A stretch of DNA of 64,000 nt from Nitrospirota bacterium (GCA_963721805.1 CAVRJY010000001.1:608001-672000), one strand, 5' to 3'; numbered from the stretch's first letter, positions 41,314 through 51,551 are shown. The notes: generated by a model not told the origin, from the sequence alone. A program made the numbers and translations.

Positions 41314-42408
41314 AGTGGATTGTCAAGCCAAGTGCAACAGGCGCGCATTTGCCGCAACCTCGGCGGGTGCCCTGTAGTCCAGCGTTTTTCTTGGTCTGTT
41401 GTTAATCTCATCAACGACGCGATCCAGCTGCTCCTGCGTTACTGTGTTGAAGTCGATCCCCTTCGGAAAGTACTGCCGCAGCAGCCCGTTGAGGTTTTCG
41501 TTCTGGCCGCGCTGCCATGAGCAATAGGGGTCGGCGAAGTATACGTCGATCCCCATCATGTATTTTAAGTCCCTGTAGCATGCAAACTCGCTGCCCCTGT
41601 CCACGGTCATGGTCATACGCATGCCCTGCCGCAGGCCTCCCAGCGCCGATACGGCGGCCTCCCTCAACGCCTCCGAGCCGGGCCTCGGCATCTTCCTCGA
41701 TATAAGGTAGAGGCTCTTGCGCTCGTTAAACGTTGCGATGCACGTTTTCCCGTCGAACCCGTAGACGGTATCCGCCTCCCAATCCCCGAAGCGTCCCTTC
41801 CGGACCACGATCTCGGGGCGCTGCCTGATGCTCAACGCCCCATTGAACCGGCCCCTGGTCTCAGGCCCCCGGGCTTTTCTGTAGCTCCTTCCCTTACGCC
41901 TCAGCATGCGATGCATCGAGCCCCCCATCGCCCTGTCCTGCCGTATCCATCTGTATAGCGTGGCAAAGGATATCCGCATCTCTGTGCTATGTGGATGGTC
42001 AAGCTTAAGGCGGCCCGACACCTGCTCCGGCGACCAACGCCTGCAAAGTCCCGCCATCGCATAGCCGATCAGGCCGTCCGGCCAGCGCTTCAGGCGTCTG
42101 CTCGCAAAATGCCTTCGGCGGACATAGAGCACGGTTGCGGCGTGCGCGCCATAGAAAGACTTCTTCGTGTTGCGCCGCAGCTCCCGGCTCACGCTCGATG
42201 GCGAGCGGCCAAGCTGGCGCCCGATCTCACGTATGCTCACCCCCGCATAACGCATCCTTGCGATGCCCTCCCGCTCATCAATGCTAAAATGACTGTAGCC
42301 CATCGTCCCTCCCTCTCTGTTTCGTCTGGTTGGTACTTGACTCTAACAGAACAGGATGACGATGGGCTTTTTCTTTCACAGGTGTTGCACTTCACATTAC
42401 AATCCGCG
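41314..42408 (-). mobile_element. IS30-family insertion sequence, copy 2 (1095 bp, 2-bp TSD GC)
   Basis: Same TIRs and length as 18589-19683. Confidence 0.92.
41323..42303 (-). CDS. IS30-family transposase
   Basis: Identical to the copy-1 protein except FADPY versus FANPY. Confidence 0.95.
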   Translation of the reverse strand: MGYSHFSIDEREGIARMRYAGVSIREIGRQLGRSPSSVSRELRRNTKKSFYGAHAATVLYVRRRHFASRRLKRWPDGLIGYAMAGLCRRWSPEQVSGRLKLDHPHSTEMRISFATLYRWIRQDRAMGGSMHRMLRRKGRSYRKARGPETRGRFNGALSIRQRPEIVVRKGRFGDWEADTVYGFDGKTCIATFNERKSLYLISRKMPRPGSEALREAAVSALGGLRQGMRMTMTVDRGSEFACYRDLKYMMGIDVYFADPYCSWQRGQNENLNGLLRQYFPKGIDFNTVTQEQLDRVVDEINNRPRKTLDYRAPAEVAANARLLHLA

Positions 42409-42570
42409 GCCCTGCCTTGTCTGAAGCCGATTTGGGCGCGCTTTCGGGGGGCACGGAAGAAGGTCGCCCCCCGCGCCCCCAAGGTCAACGGCATTAATAA
42501 ATAATGAGCGGGGCAGGGGCCCTGCGAATAAGTGAGCGAAGCGAATAGGGAAAGGTGCCCGTGGCACCCC

Positions 42571-43959
42571 CTAGCGGGACTCGATGCCTTCGAGGGTGAG
42601 GCTGCCCATAGCCGGGGCTATCATGGCCTGCCGGTCGAGCCCCCCGTTTATGAGCCTGATGTGCGAGGCGTCGGCCGGAAACTGCCCGAGCGTCGGGTCC
42701 ACCGGCACCCAGCCGTCGATGTAGACTTCGGGCCACGCGTGGTAATAAAACCTTCCACCCTGATAGACCAGCCCGAGGGCCATCCGCGTCGGGACTCCGG
42801 CCGAGCGCGCAAGCGCGGTATACAGCACCGTGTGCTCGTTGCAGTCGCCCTGCATCGTGCGCAGGACGTCCGAGGCCCGCGGGATGCTCACGGTCGGGGC
42901 CTTCCTGACGTTCCTGTAGACCCACTCGTATATGAGCCTGGCGCGTTCGGTCCGGTCAGAGGCCCCGGCGGTGATCTCGGCCGCTCGGGAGCGGATAGCC
43001 GGATCGTTGTCCTCTACGAACAGAGGGTCCGAGCCTGTGCGCTGCGCGGGCGGGTTGGAGTCGCCGCCTGCCGGGATCTCCATGCGCGCTATCTCGAGGA
43101 TATCCCCGTGGAGGGTCTGGCCGCCGCCCTGGAGGTCATACCGTGACAGTTCGATGCCGCGGAGCCGCAGCTTTAGGTATGAGACGCCGGGATCGAGGCG
43201 CAGGTTAAACGGTATGGACAAATCCGTGATGAGGTCGGCCGTTGCCCCGGTATCCGATACCGCCTGAGACCGGGGCTCTTTGATAAACGTGAGTCCCATG
43301 GATTCCTCCTTGACGATCTCGCCGTCCTTAGTGGCCCAGAGCACGGTCTTTGAGCCCAGAGTGCTGCCCTCGAGCCGCATGGCATCGACTGATTCACCCA
43401 TCACCCTTATGCCCTCGGGCCCGACGACCACGAGTTCGAGCGTGCCTTGTGCCGCGGTCGCGGGGTCCAGCAGCGGAAAGCGGAACCGCGCCCCGGGCTC
43501 CAGCATGCCCTCAAGCGGGAGCACGGAGGTCGATATAAGAGGAGACTCGTTCAGGACGAGCTGCTGCGTGCGGCTCACGCCGCCTGAATCAACCGTCAGG
43601 GCCACCTTGCCGTCTGCAACGTTGCCGGTAATGCGCATAGGGACGTCGGCCGTGACCGTTACCTTAAAGTCTATGGCGCGCATCTTGTCGTCGAGCCTCG
43701 CAGAGCAGTCTATGCGCATCTTCTTTTTCGCGCCCATCATCGCAAGGCGCAGCTCTGCGGTCTCTTCGAGCGAGTAGCCGTAAATCTCCCGCTTGAGCAC
43801 GTGGTGGGTGAAGCCTACCTTCGCGGACTTCTCGTAGATGCCCATCCATTGCTCCTCGAACTGGCGGGCGTAAGCCGGAGCGGCCGCAAGCAGCATCGCA
43901 AGCGCGATGGCGAGGCTAGTTATGAGGTATCTTGCGGTCTTTGTTCCTGAGGTATTCAT
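42571..43959 (-). CDS. Exported transglutaminase-like domain protein
   Basis: GDCNEH, YHAWPEV and WVPVDPT catalytic triad motifs, plus a signal peptide. Confidence 0.85.
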   Translation of the reverse strand: MNTSGTKTARYLITSLAIALAMLLAAAPAYARQFEEQWMGIYEKSAKVGFTHHVLKREIYGYSLEETAELRLAMMGAKKKMRIDCSARLDDKMRAIDFKVTVTADVPMRITGNVADGKVALTVDSGGVSRTQQLVLNESPLISTSVLPLEGMLEPGARFRFPLLDPATAAQGTLELVVVGPEGIRVMGESVDAMRLEGSTLGSKTVLWATKDGEIVKEESMGLTFIKEPRSQAVSDTGATADLITDLSIPFNLRLDPGVSYLKLRLRGIELSRYDLQGGGQTLHGDILEIARMEIPAGGDSNPPAQRTGSDPLFVEDNDPAIRSRAAEITAGASDRTERARLIYEWVYRNVRKAPTVSIPRASDVLRTMQGDCNEHTVLYTALARSAGVPTRMALGLVYQGGRFYYHAWPEVYIDGWVPVDPTLGQFPADASHIRLINGGLDRQAMIAPAMGSLTLEGIESR

Positions 43960-44797
43960 ATAGCCCCGGCAGGCCCCCTATGGCAGTGGCCAGAAACATC
44001 GAAAACGAGAGCGCGGTCGCCATCGCGGGCTCCACGCCGGCCGATCCAAGCAGCAGCACCGTCGCGCCCTCCCTAAGCCCGATCCCGGAGATCGAGACCG
44101 GCAGAGTCGCTACGGTCGTGATTATCGGTATGAAGGCCAGAAACAGGATGAAAGGCACGTGCATCCCAAGCCCCAGCGACAGCACATAGACCGAGAATAT
44201 GATCGAGAGCTGCACGACGAGTGAGAGCGCCAGCGTCTTGGCGATCACGCCGGGCTTCCTCAGGTACGAGTGGAAGTAGTCGTATACCGAACTCAGGACC
44301 TTCAGCCTCTGGCCTATCCTCAGGCCGAATATCAGGAGGCTGGAAAGCACGGCCGCAAGCACGATCAGCGGGAGCACCCACTCGATCCACGAGCCCCTGA
44401 AATAGCTAAACCCGAAGGGATACGCGACGATGCCGAGGCCCATAAGGGACGTGAACCCGACGAACCGGTCCATGAACACGGACGACAGGGCCTGCGTGCC
44501 CTTGCCGGTCTGTTTGTAGAGGTAATAGATCTTCACCGCGTCGCCGCCGACGAGGCCCGGCAGAAAGGTATTGAAGAACGACCCGAGCAGGTAAAGCGGG
44601 AAGAGCCGCCTGATGCCGAACCGCTCGGGCAGGAGCATCTGCCAGCGAAACGACGAGACGAGCGTGGCGAAGACGTAAGTGACGACCGCGAAGACGAAGG
44701 CCCACGGGTTTATGGCCCGCAGGCTTGAGAATACCTTGTCGATCCCGGCCTTGGAGAAGATCAGATAGAGCGCCCCGCCGCTTACGGCGAGCTTCAC
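43916..44797 (-). CDS. Lysylphosphatidylglycerol-synthase TM / flippase-like membrane protein
   Basis: RW, FFNTFLPGLVGGD and LPVSISGIGLREG motifs. Start uncertain. Confidence 0.8.
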   Translation of the reverse strand: MKLAVSGGALYLIFSKAGIDKVFSSLRAINPWAFVFAVVTYVFATLVSSFRWQMLLPERFGIRRLFPLYLLGSFFNTFLPGLVGGDAVKIYYLYKQTGKGTQALSSVFMDRFVGFTSLMGLGIVAYPFGFSYFRGSWIEWVLPLIVLAAVLSSLLIFGLRIGQRLKVLSSVYDYFHSYLRKPGVIAKTLALSLVVQLSIIFSVYVLSLGLGMHVPFILFLAFIPIITTVATLPVSISGIGLREGATVLLLGSAGVEPAMATALSFSMFLATAIGGLPGLYEYLRNKDRKIPHN

Positions 44798-44817
44798 TAT
44801 CAGCAGGAGGAGCTTTT

Positions 44818-45783
44818 TTATTCTTCGCTCCTGAGGCTTTTATTGATGACCCCGAGGGTCTTCTTTAGATAATAGATCGGCTTCCGCTGGCTCTCGTGGT
44901 ATATGCGCACGAGCATCTCGCCAAGCAGGCCCATGCCGATCAGCTGAATGCCGACGATGATCAGCAGCGCGCCCAGCAGCAGCAGCGGGCGGTTGCCTAT
45001 CGGGTTTCCGCGCACGAACTTGTCAAACGTGAGATACAGCGATATCAGCATCCCCGAGGCGCCGAGTATCAGCCCGCCCAGGCCGAAGAACTGTATCGGT
45101 TTGGTCGAGAAGCTCTGGAGGAACTTTATCGTTATAAGGTCCAGAAACACCCTGAAGGTGCGCCCGATGCCGTATTTGGAGACGCCGCGCGTGCGGGGGT
45201 GGTGCGTGACCTCGACCTCGCCTACGGTGACGCCGAACCAGTTGGCGACGGCCGGGATGAAGCGGTGCATCTCGCCGTAGAGGTTTAAATTTTTCACTAC
45301 CTCGCGGCGATATGCCTTCAGGGAGCAGCCGTAGTCGTGCAGGTGCACGCCCGTGACCTTGCTTATGAGCCAGTTGGCGGCCATCGAGGGCAGGCGGCGC
45401 GTGATGAACTTGTCCTTGCGCTGCTTGCGCCAGCCGCTTACGATGTCGTATTCCTTCGCCATCTCGACCAGGCGCGGGATGTCCATGGGGTCGTTCTGCA
45501 GATCGCCGTCCATGGTGACCACGACCTCGCCACGCGAGTAGTCGAAACCGGCCGTGAAGGCCGCGGTCTGCCCGAAGTTGCGCCTCATCCCGAGGACTAC
45601 GACATGGGGGTCGGCCGCGTGCAGGTCCTCGATTATGCGGAGCGTCCGGTCGGTGCTCCCGTCGTCGACGAAGATGATCTCGTAGCTTTGGCCGGTGCCG
45701 CGCAGGGCCGCGCTGAGCCTCTCGTGGAGCTCCGAGACGTTTTCCTCTTCGTTATACACGGGGATGACGACCGATATGTCCAA
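44818..45783 (-). CDS. GT2 glycosyltransferase (polyprenol-phosphate sugar transferase)
   Basis: SVVIPVYNEE, VDDGS, RNFGQ, DGDLQNDP and two C-terminal TM helices. Confidence 0.9.
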   Translation of the reverse strand: MDISVVIPVYNEEENVSELHERLSAALRGTGQSYEIIFVDDGSTDRTLRIIEDLHAADPHVVVLGMRRNFGQTAAFTAGFDYSRGEVVVTMDGDLQNDPMDIPRLVEMAKEYDIVSGWRKQRKDKFITRRLPSMAANWLISKVTGVHLHDYGCSLKAYRREVVKNLNLYGEMHRFIPAVANWFGVTVGEVEVTHHPRTRGVSKYGIGRTFRVFLDLITIKFLQSFSTKPIQFFGLGGLILGASGMLISLYLTFDKFVRGNPIGNRPLLLLGALLIIVGIQLIGMGLLGEMLVRIYHESQRKPIYYLKKTLGVINKSLRSEE

Positions 45784-45874
45784 TGCCGGTTCCTTTCGAG
45801 TGCGATATGCATGTTATCTTAGCAATTCCGTGAGGCGTATGGCAAAATATCGCGTGGGGTTGATAATATAAGGC

Positions 45875-46102
45875 ATGACTATAGACGGCCGTTCACTCTC
45901 ATCGCAGGATATCATGCGCTCGCTGCAGGGCGCCATCCGCGCCAAGTGCGACACCGAAGCGGTGGAGGTCATCGTCTCGGACCAGGCCGAGGCCGCGCGC
46001 GTCAAGGCGTTCATGAAGATGAGCGGCCTGCAGGTCCAGACGCTCCGCCAGGACGGACGGTGGACCGTGCTTGGAAGCGGGTCCGGCTGCCATTGCTGCT
46101 AG
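45875..46102 (+). CDS. Small TusA/SirA-like protein
   Basis: IDGRSL...VEVIVSD...VKAF..MSG pattern. Lacks the CPxP motif and ends in CHCC. Confidence 0.5.
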   Translation: MTIDGRSLSSQDIMRSLQGAIRAKCDTEAVEVIVSDQAEAARVKAFMKMSGLQVQTLRQDGRWTVLGSGSGCHCC

Positions 46103-46127
46103 GGCTAAGCTTGCTTGCGCCATCCCT

Positions 46128-47567
46128 ATGAGGTGCGCCCTTGTCGTCCCGTCCTGGACGCCCGCCGATATCTTCTCGTCCAAGACCGCCGGATCGCAGA
46201 TCAACTACTGGCAGCCGCTCGGGACGCTCTACGTCGCTTCTAGCCTGCTTCGGGCGGGTCACGAGGTGAGGTTCCTAAACGGTGCCTTCCTCTCTAATGA
46301 CGACGTGCTGGCCCGGATCAAGGAATTCAAACCCTCGCTCATGGGGCTATATAGCACCGCGTTCGGATGGCCCCGCGCTATGCGCACCGCGGCCGCGGTC
46401 AAGGCCGCCCTCGACGATGTCTTTGTAGTTGTCGGGGGGCCTTATCCTGTTGCGCTAAAGTCAGCATGCCTCAGCGACCCCAATGCAGGTGCGATAGACG
46501 CGGTCGCAACCGGCGAGGCCGAGCAGACTATGGCCGAACTCGCCGAGAGGCTAGGGCAGGGCCATGACCTTGCCGGAGTGCTCGGGCTTGCGTACCGCGC
46601 TAAAGACGGCGCTATAGTGGATAACGGCCTCCGGCCGTTCTGCACCGATCTGGATTCGATCCCGTTTCCGGCGCGCGATCTGCTGGGCGATGCGGCCAGA
46701 TACCTGCCGCCCCCGGCGACATACATGCGAAAGCCGGTCGCTGTGATGATAACCTCGCGGGGCTGCAACAGGCGGTGCCTCTATTGCTTCCAGATCGACC
46801 GCGAACGCAGCCACGGGGTCAGGTACAGGAGCATCCCGAACGTTATCGAGGAGATCGAGCTCGTCCTTAAGCAGGGATACCGCGAGATCAAGTTCATAGA
46901 CGATACGCTCGCGGCGGACTACGGCCGGGCGATGGCGCTCGTTCAGGAGATCAAGCGCCGGGGGCTGGACTTCACCTGGTTCGCCTCGGCCTGCGTCAAT
47001 CAGGTCGATGAGCCGCTGTTGAAGGCCTTTAAGGAGGCAGGCTGCTGGGCGATACTCTTCGGGGCCGAAAGCGGTGTCCAGAAAAACCTCAACGCTATCA
47101 GGAAGGGGATCACCACGGAGCAGACGCGGAAGGCAGTGGCAGCGGCGAAGAGGGTAGGGCTTACGGTCCTGACCCCGTTTCTGTTCGGCATACCCGGCGA
47201 GACATACGAAGAGGGGCTCCAGACGATAGAGTTCGCGTGCGAGCTGGATCCGGACATCGCGAACTTCCATGCGATCACCCCGTTTCCGGGGACCGACCTT
47301 TACGACCGGCGGCATGAGCTGGGCACGGTATCGGGGGAGCTGGACGACTACACCTATCAGGGCGCGGCGTTTGTACCGCACACGATGACGAGAGAACAGA
47401 TCGCGGAACTCAGGCAAATAGCGTTCAAACGATTTTATTCACGTCCTTCATATTTGATAAGGCGGGCGTTAAAAGTCAGATCGTTCCATGAAGTTCGAGC
47501 AGCGTTCAGCGGGTTGCGCAGTCTTTTCTGGCTCTGGAGTGAGCGGGGCATATTTAAGAGAAAGTAA
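46128..47567 (+). CDS. Cobalamin-binding radical SAM protein
   Basis: PLGTLYVAS, VGGPYP, SRGCNRRCLYC and FGAESG motifs. Confidence 0.9.
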   Translation: MRCALVVPSWTPADIFSSKTAGSQINYWQPLGTLYVASSLLRAGHEVRFLNGAFLSNDDVLARIKEFKPSLMGLYSTAFGWPRAMRTAAAVKAALDDVFVVVGGPYPVALKSACLSDPNAGAIDAVATGEAEQTMAELAERLGQGHDLAGVLGLAYRAKDGAIVDNGLRPFCTDLDSIPFPARDLLGDAARYLPPPATYMRKPVAVMITSRGCNRRCLYCFQIDRERSHGVRYRSIPNVIEEIELVLKQGYREIKFIDDTLAADYGRAMALVQEIKRRGLDFTWFASACVNQVDEPLLKAFKEAGCWAILFGAESGVQKNLNAIRKGITTEQTRKAVAAAKRVGLTVLTPFLFGIPGETYEEGLQTIEFACELDPDIANFHAITPFPGTDLYDRRHELGTVSGELDDYTYQGAAFVPHTMTREQIAELRQIAFKRFYSRPSYLIRRALKVRSFHEVRAAFSGLRSLFWLWSERGIFKRK

Positions 47568-47568
47568 A

Positions 47569-47691
47569 AAAGCGCTCCAAATCGCTTGATACTGCGTTGG
47601 GCATCGAAGACTCGCCCTCTATGTACGTCACAGTACACCATCGGGCGGTCTTCTCGCCCTGCCTTGTCTGAAGACGATTTGGGCGCGCTTT
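47569..47691 (+). repeat. 123-bp palindromic repeat
   Basis: Near-identical to the 33180 copy. Confidence 0.9.
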
Positions 47692-47797
47692 CGGGGGGCA
47701 CGGACAGCGGACGCCCCCCGCGCCCCACAAGGCCAACGTCATGATTGGGAGGGTCAACGGCATATTTAAAGTTTTCGCGTGCGCATGGGATACGCTG

Positions 47798-47920
47798 AAA
47801 GTGCGCGAAATTTCGGCAGACAAGGAACGGCGAGGAAAACGTCCGAAGTCGTATATGGACATACGTCGAGGACGGATTTCCGAGCCAGTGACGCAGTATC
47901 CCGGAACTTTCGCGCGCTTT
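47798..47920 (-). repeat. Divergent 123-bp palindromic repeat, inverted
   Basis: AAAGTGCGCGAAA...TTTCGCGCGCTTT ends, with internal CAGACAAGG and GACGCAGTATC. Confidence 0.75.
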
Positions 47921-47997
47921 CCCCGTGGCGAGTTGACATTACATTGGGGGTTTCATTACTATATAGGCTCTTATTAAACGGCATTAGAGGGTGGACG

Positions 47998-48435
47998 ATG
48001 AAAACAGAATTCGCACATACGACAGATGTGGATCGCAAATGGTACGTGGTTGACGCCAACGAACAGGTGCTGGGCAGGCTTGCCACGCAGATAGCGGTAT
48101 GTCTGAGGGGCAAGGCCAAGCCGATTTTCACGCCTAACGCTGACGCAGGAGACTTCGTCATAGTCGTCAACTGCGAGAAGATCAAGCTCACGGGCAACAA
48201 GCTCGAGGACAAGGTCTACGAGTGGCACACCAACTATCCGGGCGGGATCAAGTCCGAGACCGCCGGCGACAGGATGAAGACGAAGCCCGAGGAGATCATC
48301 CGCGAGGCGGTATGGGGGATGCTCCCCAAGGGACGCCTCGGCAGGCAGATCCTCAAGAAGCTGAAAGTCTACAAGGGGGACGAACATCCCCATAAAGCCC
48401 AGAAGCCAGAGCTTCTGGATATGACGAGGAGTTAA
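47998..48435 (+). CDS. rplM: 50S ribosomal protein L13
   Basis: WYVVDA...LGRLA...GDFVIVVN...GMLPK. Confidence 0.97.
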   Translation: MKTEFAHTTDVDRKWYVVDANEQVLGRLATQIAVCLRGKAKPIFTPNADAGDFVIVVNCEKIKLTGNKLEDKVYEWHTNYPGGIKSETAGDRMKTKPEEIIREAVWGMLPKGRLGRQILKKLKVYKGDEHPHKAQKPELLDMTRS

Positions 48436-48441
48436 CGGATT

Positions 48442-48837
48442 ATGGCGGCAGAAGTGAGCTATTCAGCCACCGGCAGGAGGAAGACCTCCATCGCAAGCGT
48501 GGTTATGACCTCCGGCAAAGGGGCCATTACGATCAACAAGAGGACGTTCGAGGACTATTTCCCGAGGCCGACGCTTCGGATGATGATACGCCAGCCCCTG
48601 GAGCTTACCGGGACGAGCGACCGCTTTGACATCCGCGCCAAGATCACAGGCGGCGGCCCCTCGGGGCAGGCCGGTGCTCTCAGGCACGGCATATCGCGCG
48701 CGCTCCTGAAGGTCGACGGAGAGATGCGTGACAAGCTCAAAAAAGAGGGCTTCCTCACGCGCGACCCCAGGGCCGTCGAAAGAAAGAAGTACGGCCAGAA
48801 GGGCGCACGCGCCAGGTTCCAGTTCTCGAAGCGTTAA
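48442..48837 (+). CDS. rpsI: 30S ribosomal protein S9
   Basis: [15 protein letters not shown] and ERKKYG...QFSKR motifs. Confidence 0.97.
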   Translation: MAAEVSYSATGRRKTSIASVVMTSGKGAITINKRTFEDYFPRPTLRMMIRQPLELTGTSDRFDIRAKITGGGPSGQAGALRHGISRALLKVDGEMRDKLKKEGFLTRDPRAVERKKYGQKGARARFQFSKR

Positions 48838-48864
48838 CACGGGCCGAATTTTCGGGTATACTAT

Positions 48865-48905
48865 AGCGGCAGGCCCACCAGGGTCTGCCGCTTAATCTTT
48901 TTTTT
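48865..48905 (+). terminator. Stem-loop with a T-run after rpsI
   Basis: AGCGGCAGGCCC-ACCA-GGGTCTGCCGCT then TAATCTTTTTTTT. Confidence 0.5.
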
Positions 48906-48920
48906 GGAGGTGTTCAGAGG

Positions 48921-49967
48921 GTGGCTAAGCTCAAGGTTGCCATATGCGGCGGAAGCGGGTATACGGGGGCTGAACTGCTGCGCATCCTACTGGGGCACCC
49001 CAAGGTCGAGGTTACGGCCGTCACGTCGGAGCAGTCCGCCGGGAAGAGCCCGGTCGACCTGTTCCCCCACCTGCCGCAGTACGCCCACCTCAAATACGAG
49101 CCGCTGGACAAAAAGACGCTGCTTAAGAAGGCCGACCTGTTTTTCATGGCCCTGCCGCACGCGGCCTCGCAGGAGGCGGTCGATTTTTTCTATAAGAAGG
49201 GCAAGAAGGTCCTGGACCTCTCAGCCGACTACCGGCTGAAAAACCCGCTCGTCTACGAGCAATGGTACAAGACTCCGCATAATTATCCAAAGACGCTTGA
49301 AAAGGCGGTCTACGGCCTGCCCGAGATCCACAGAAAGAAGATCGCGGCCTCGCCGCTGATCGCGCTTCCGGGCTGTTACCCTACCAGCGTGCTGCTGGGG
49401 CTGTATCCGCTTTTGAAAGACGACGCTGTCGACACCGGCACGCTGGTCATCGACTCCAAGAGCGGCACCTCGGGCGCCGGGCGCAAGTCGGACGTGGCGC
49501 TCTCGTTTTGCGAGGTCAACGAGGGGTTCAAGGCATACGCCGTCGCCTCGCACCGCCATACCCCGGAGATCGAACAGGAGCTGGCCCTGATCGTAAAGCG
49601 CCCGGTGGCGATAAACTTCACCCCTCACCTGCTGCCGATAAACCGCGGCATGCTCTCGACCATTTACGGGCGCCTCAAGAAGCGCGCCGAGCTGGACGAT
49701 ATCATCGCGCTCTACGCAAAGGCATACGCAAAGGAGCCGTTCGTCCGCGTGCACCCGGCCGGGACGTTTCCGAACATCAACGCCGTGAAGGGCACGAACC
49801 GCTGCGACATCGGCTTTACGCTTAACGAGCGTACGAGCACGGTCATCGTCGTCTCGGTGATCGACAACCTGGTGAAGGGCGCATCGGGGCAGGCCGTGCA
49901 GTGCATGAACCTCGTGATGGGATACCCCGAGACGATGGCGCTTGAGGCGGCCGCGGCATGCCCGTAA
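48921..49967 (+). CDS. argC: N-acetyl-gamma-glutamyl-phosphate reductase
   Basis: GGSGYTGAEL, PGCYPT and DNLVKGASGQAVQ motifs. Confidence 0.95.
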   Translation: MAKLKVAICGGSGYTGAELLRILLGHPKVEVTAVTSEQSAGKSPVDLFPHLPQYAHLKYEPLDKKTLLKKADLFFMALPHAASQEAVDFFYKKGKKVLDLSADYRLKNPLVYEQWYKTPHNYPKTLEKAVYGLPEIHRKKIAASPLIALPGCYPTSVLLGLYPLLKDDAVDTGTLVIDSKSGTSGAGRKSDVALSFCEVNEGFKAYAVASHRHTPEIEQELALIVKRPVAINFTPHLLPINRGMLSTIYGRLKKRAELDDIIALYAKAYAKEPFVRVHPAGTFPNINAVKGTNRCDIGFTLNERTSTVIVVSVIDNLVKGASGQAVQCMNLVMGYPETMALEAAAACP

Positions 49968-50029
49968 ACGAGCGCGGTAAATTCTCGCTGCGCTCGAATT
50001 TGTCGCGGCGTGCGGAAAGAAATAGATAA

Positions 50030-51223
50030 ATGTCTGACAAATCCATGATGCTGCCCAAGGGATTCCAGTGCTCTACGGTCGAGGCCGCGATCAAGCGGCC
50101 GGGGCGCAAGGACCTGGCCCTGATATATTCCGAATGTGACGCCGCGCTCGCGGCCGTCTATACCACGAACAAGGTCAAGGCTGCCCCTGTCGTACTGGAC
50201 ATCAAGCGCACGCGCAAGGGCACGGCCCGCGCGATAGTCGTCAACAGCGGCAACGCCAACGCGTGCACCGGGGCGCAGGGCATGGACGACGCGGTCGAGA
50301 CCGCCGCGCTCACCGCGCTGGCGCTCGGCATCACGGACGCCGGGGTGCTCGTATCCTCCACCGGAGTGATCGGCGTGCCGATGCCTATGGCGCGCGTGCG
50401 CAAGGCCATCGGCCCCCTCGTAGACAAGCTGGGCAAGGCGTCCTTGGAAGACCTCGCGCGCGCGATAATGACGACCGATACGTTCCCGAAGTTCGTATCC
50501 AAAAAGATAAAGATCGGCACGAAGACCGGGACGGTATCGGCCGCGGCGAAGGGATCGGGTATGATCGCCCCGAACATGGCCACGATGCTAGGCTACGTCA
50601 TGACCGACCTTGCGGTAGAGCTGCCCGCGCTTAAGGCCGCGCTTAAAGAGGCGACCGAGTATACCTTCAACCGCGTCACGGTCGATGGGGACCAGTCGAC
50701 GAACGACAGCCTCATCATCCTCGCAAACGGGATGGCCGGCAATGCGCCAGTCAAGCTTGGCTCGGCCGAGTACAAGAAGTTCGCGGAGGTCGTATTCGAG
50801 GTCTGCGAGACCCTGGCTACGCAGGTTGCGCAAGACGGCGAGGGCGCGACCAAGCTCGTCGTCTTCGAGATCGAGGGCGCGCATAACGAGGCCGAGGCCA
50901 AGGCCGCCGCGCTCAAGCTCGGAAACTCGCCGCTCGTCAAGACCGCGATCTATGGCAAGGACCCCAACTGGGGCCGCATCATGTCCACGCTCGGATCAAG
51001 CGGCATCCGCATGGATGAGGCCCGCGTCGCCATATTTATCGGCCGAGTGCAGGTCGCCAAGGCCGGGCTCAGCACAGGCCGCGAGGCAGATGCGCGCCCG
51101 GAACTCGATAAGAAGGAAGTCCGCATACGCATTAACCTCGGCATGGGCAAGGCCAAAACCCGCGTCCTCACCTGCGACCTGACCGAGGGCTACATCAAGA
51201 TCAACGCGCACTACACCACCTAG
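50030..51223 (+). CDS. argJ: Bifunctional ornithine acetyltransferase
   Basis: NSGNANACTG, KGSGMIAPNMATML and DGEGATK motifs. Confidence 0.95.
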   Translation: MSDKSMMLPKGFQCSTVEAAIKRPGRKDLALIYSECDAALAAVYTTNKVKAAPVVLDIKRTRKGTARAIVVNSGNANACTGAQGMDDAVETAALTALALGITDAGVLVSSTGVIGVPMPMARVRKAIGPLVDKLGKASLEDLARAIMTTDTFPKFVSKKIKIGTKTGTVSAAAKGSGMIAPNMATMLGYVMTDLAVELPALKAALKEATEYTFNRVTVDGDQSTNDSLIILANGMAGNAPVKLGSAEYKKFAEVVFEVCETLATQVAQDGEGATKLVVFEIEGAHNEAEAKAAALKLGNSPLVKTAIYGKDPNWGRIMSTLGSSGIRMDEARVAIFIGRVQVAKAGLSTGREADARPELDKKEVRIRINLGMGKAKTRVLTCDLTEGYIKINAHYTT

Positions 51224-51238
51224 TCGGCCCGCTTTCTA

Positions 51239-51361
51239 AAAGCGCTCCAAATCGCTTGATACGTCGTTGGGCATCAAAGACTCGCCCTCTATGTACGTCA
51301 CAGTACACCATCGGGCGGTCTTCTTGCCCTGCCTTGTCTGAAGCCGATTTGGGCGCGCTTT
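51239..51361 (+). repeat. 123-bp palindromic repeat
   Basis: Near-identical to the 33180 copy. Confidence 0.9.
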
Positions 51362-51533
51362 CGGGGGGAGAGGATAACGTAGCCCCCCGCGCCCCACAAG
51401 GTCAACGGCTTTGATTAATAGTAAGCGGCGACTCGTCGCCGCGAATAGGGAAGGGGGCCAGTCGGCCCCAAAATCTGCTTTGATACCGGCCTGTTACAGC
51501 CCCTTTTTCGGGGCTGTTTTATTTTCTTGACAT

Positions 51534-51551
51534 ACCACAAGATCTTGTGGT
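51534..51551. promoter_or_regulatory. Probable NrdR box within the nrdJ-operon promoter
   Basis: Perfect palindrome ACCACAAGATCTTGTGGT directly after TTGACA (51527), upstream of an RNR gene. Confidence 0.65.

Larger units (their letters stand above)
41225..42444 (+). repeat. 123-bp palindromic repeat split by IS30 copy 2
   Basis: 41225-41313 plus 42411-42444 reconstitute the full repeat. Confidence 0.9.
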
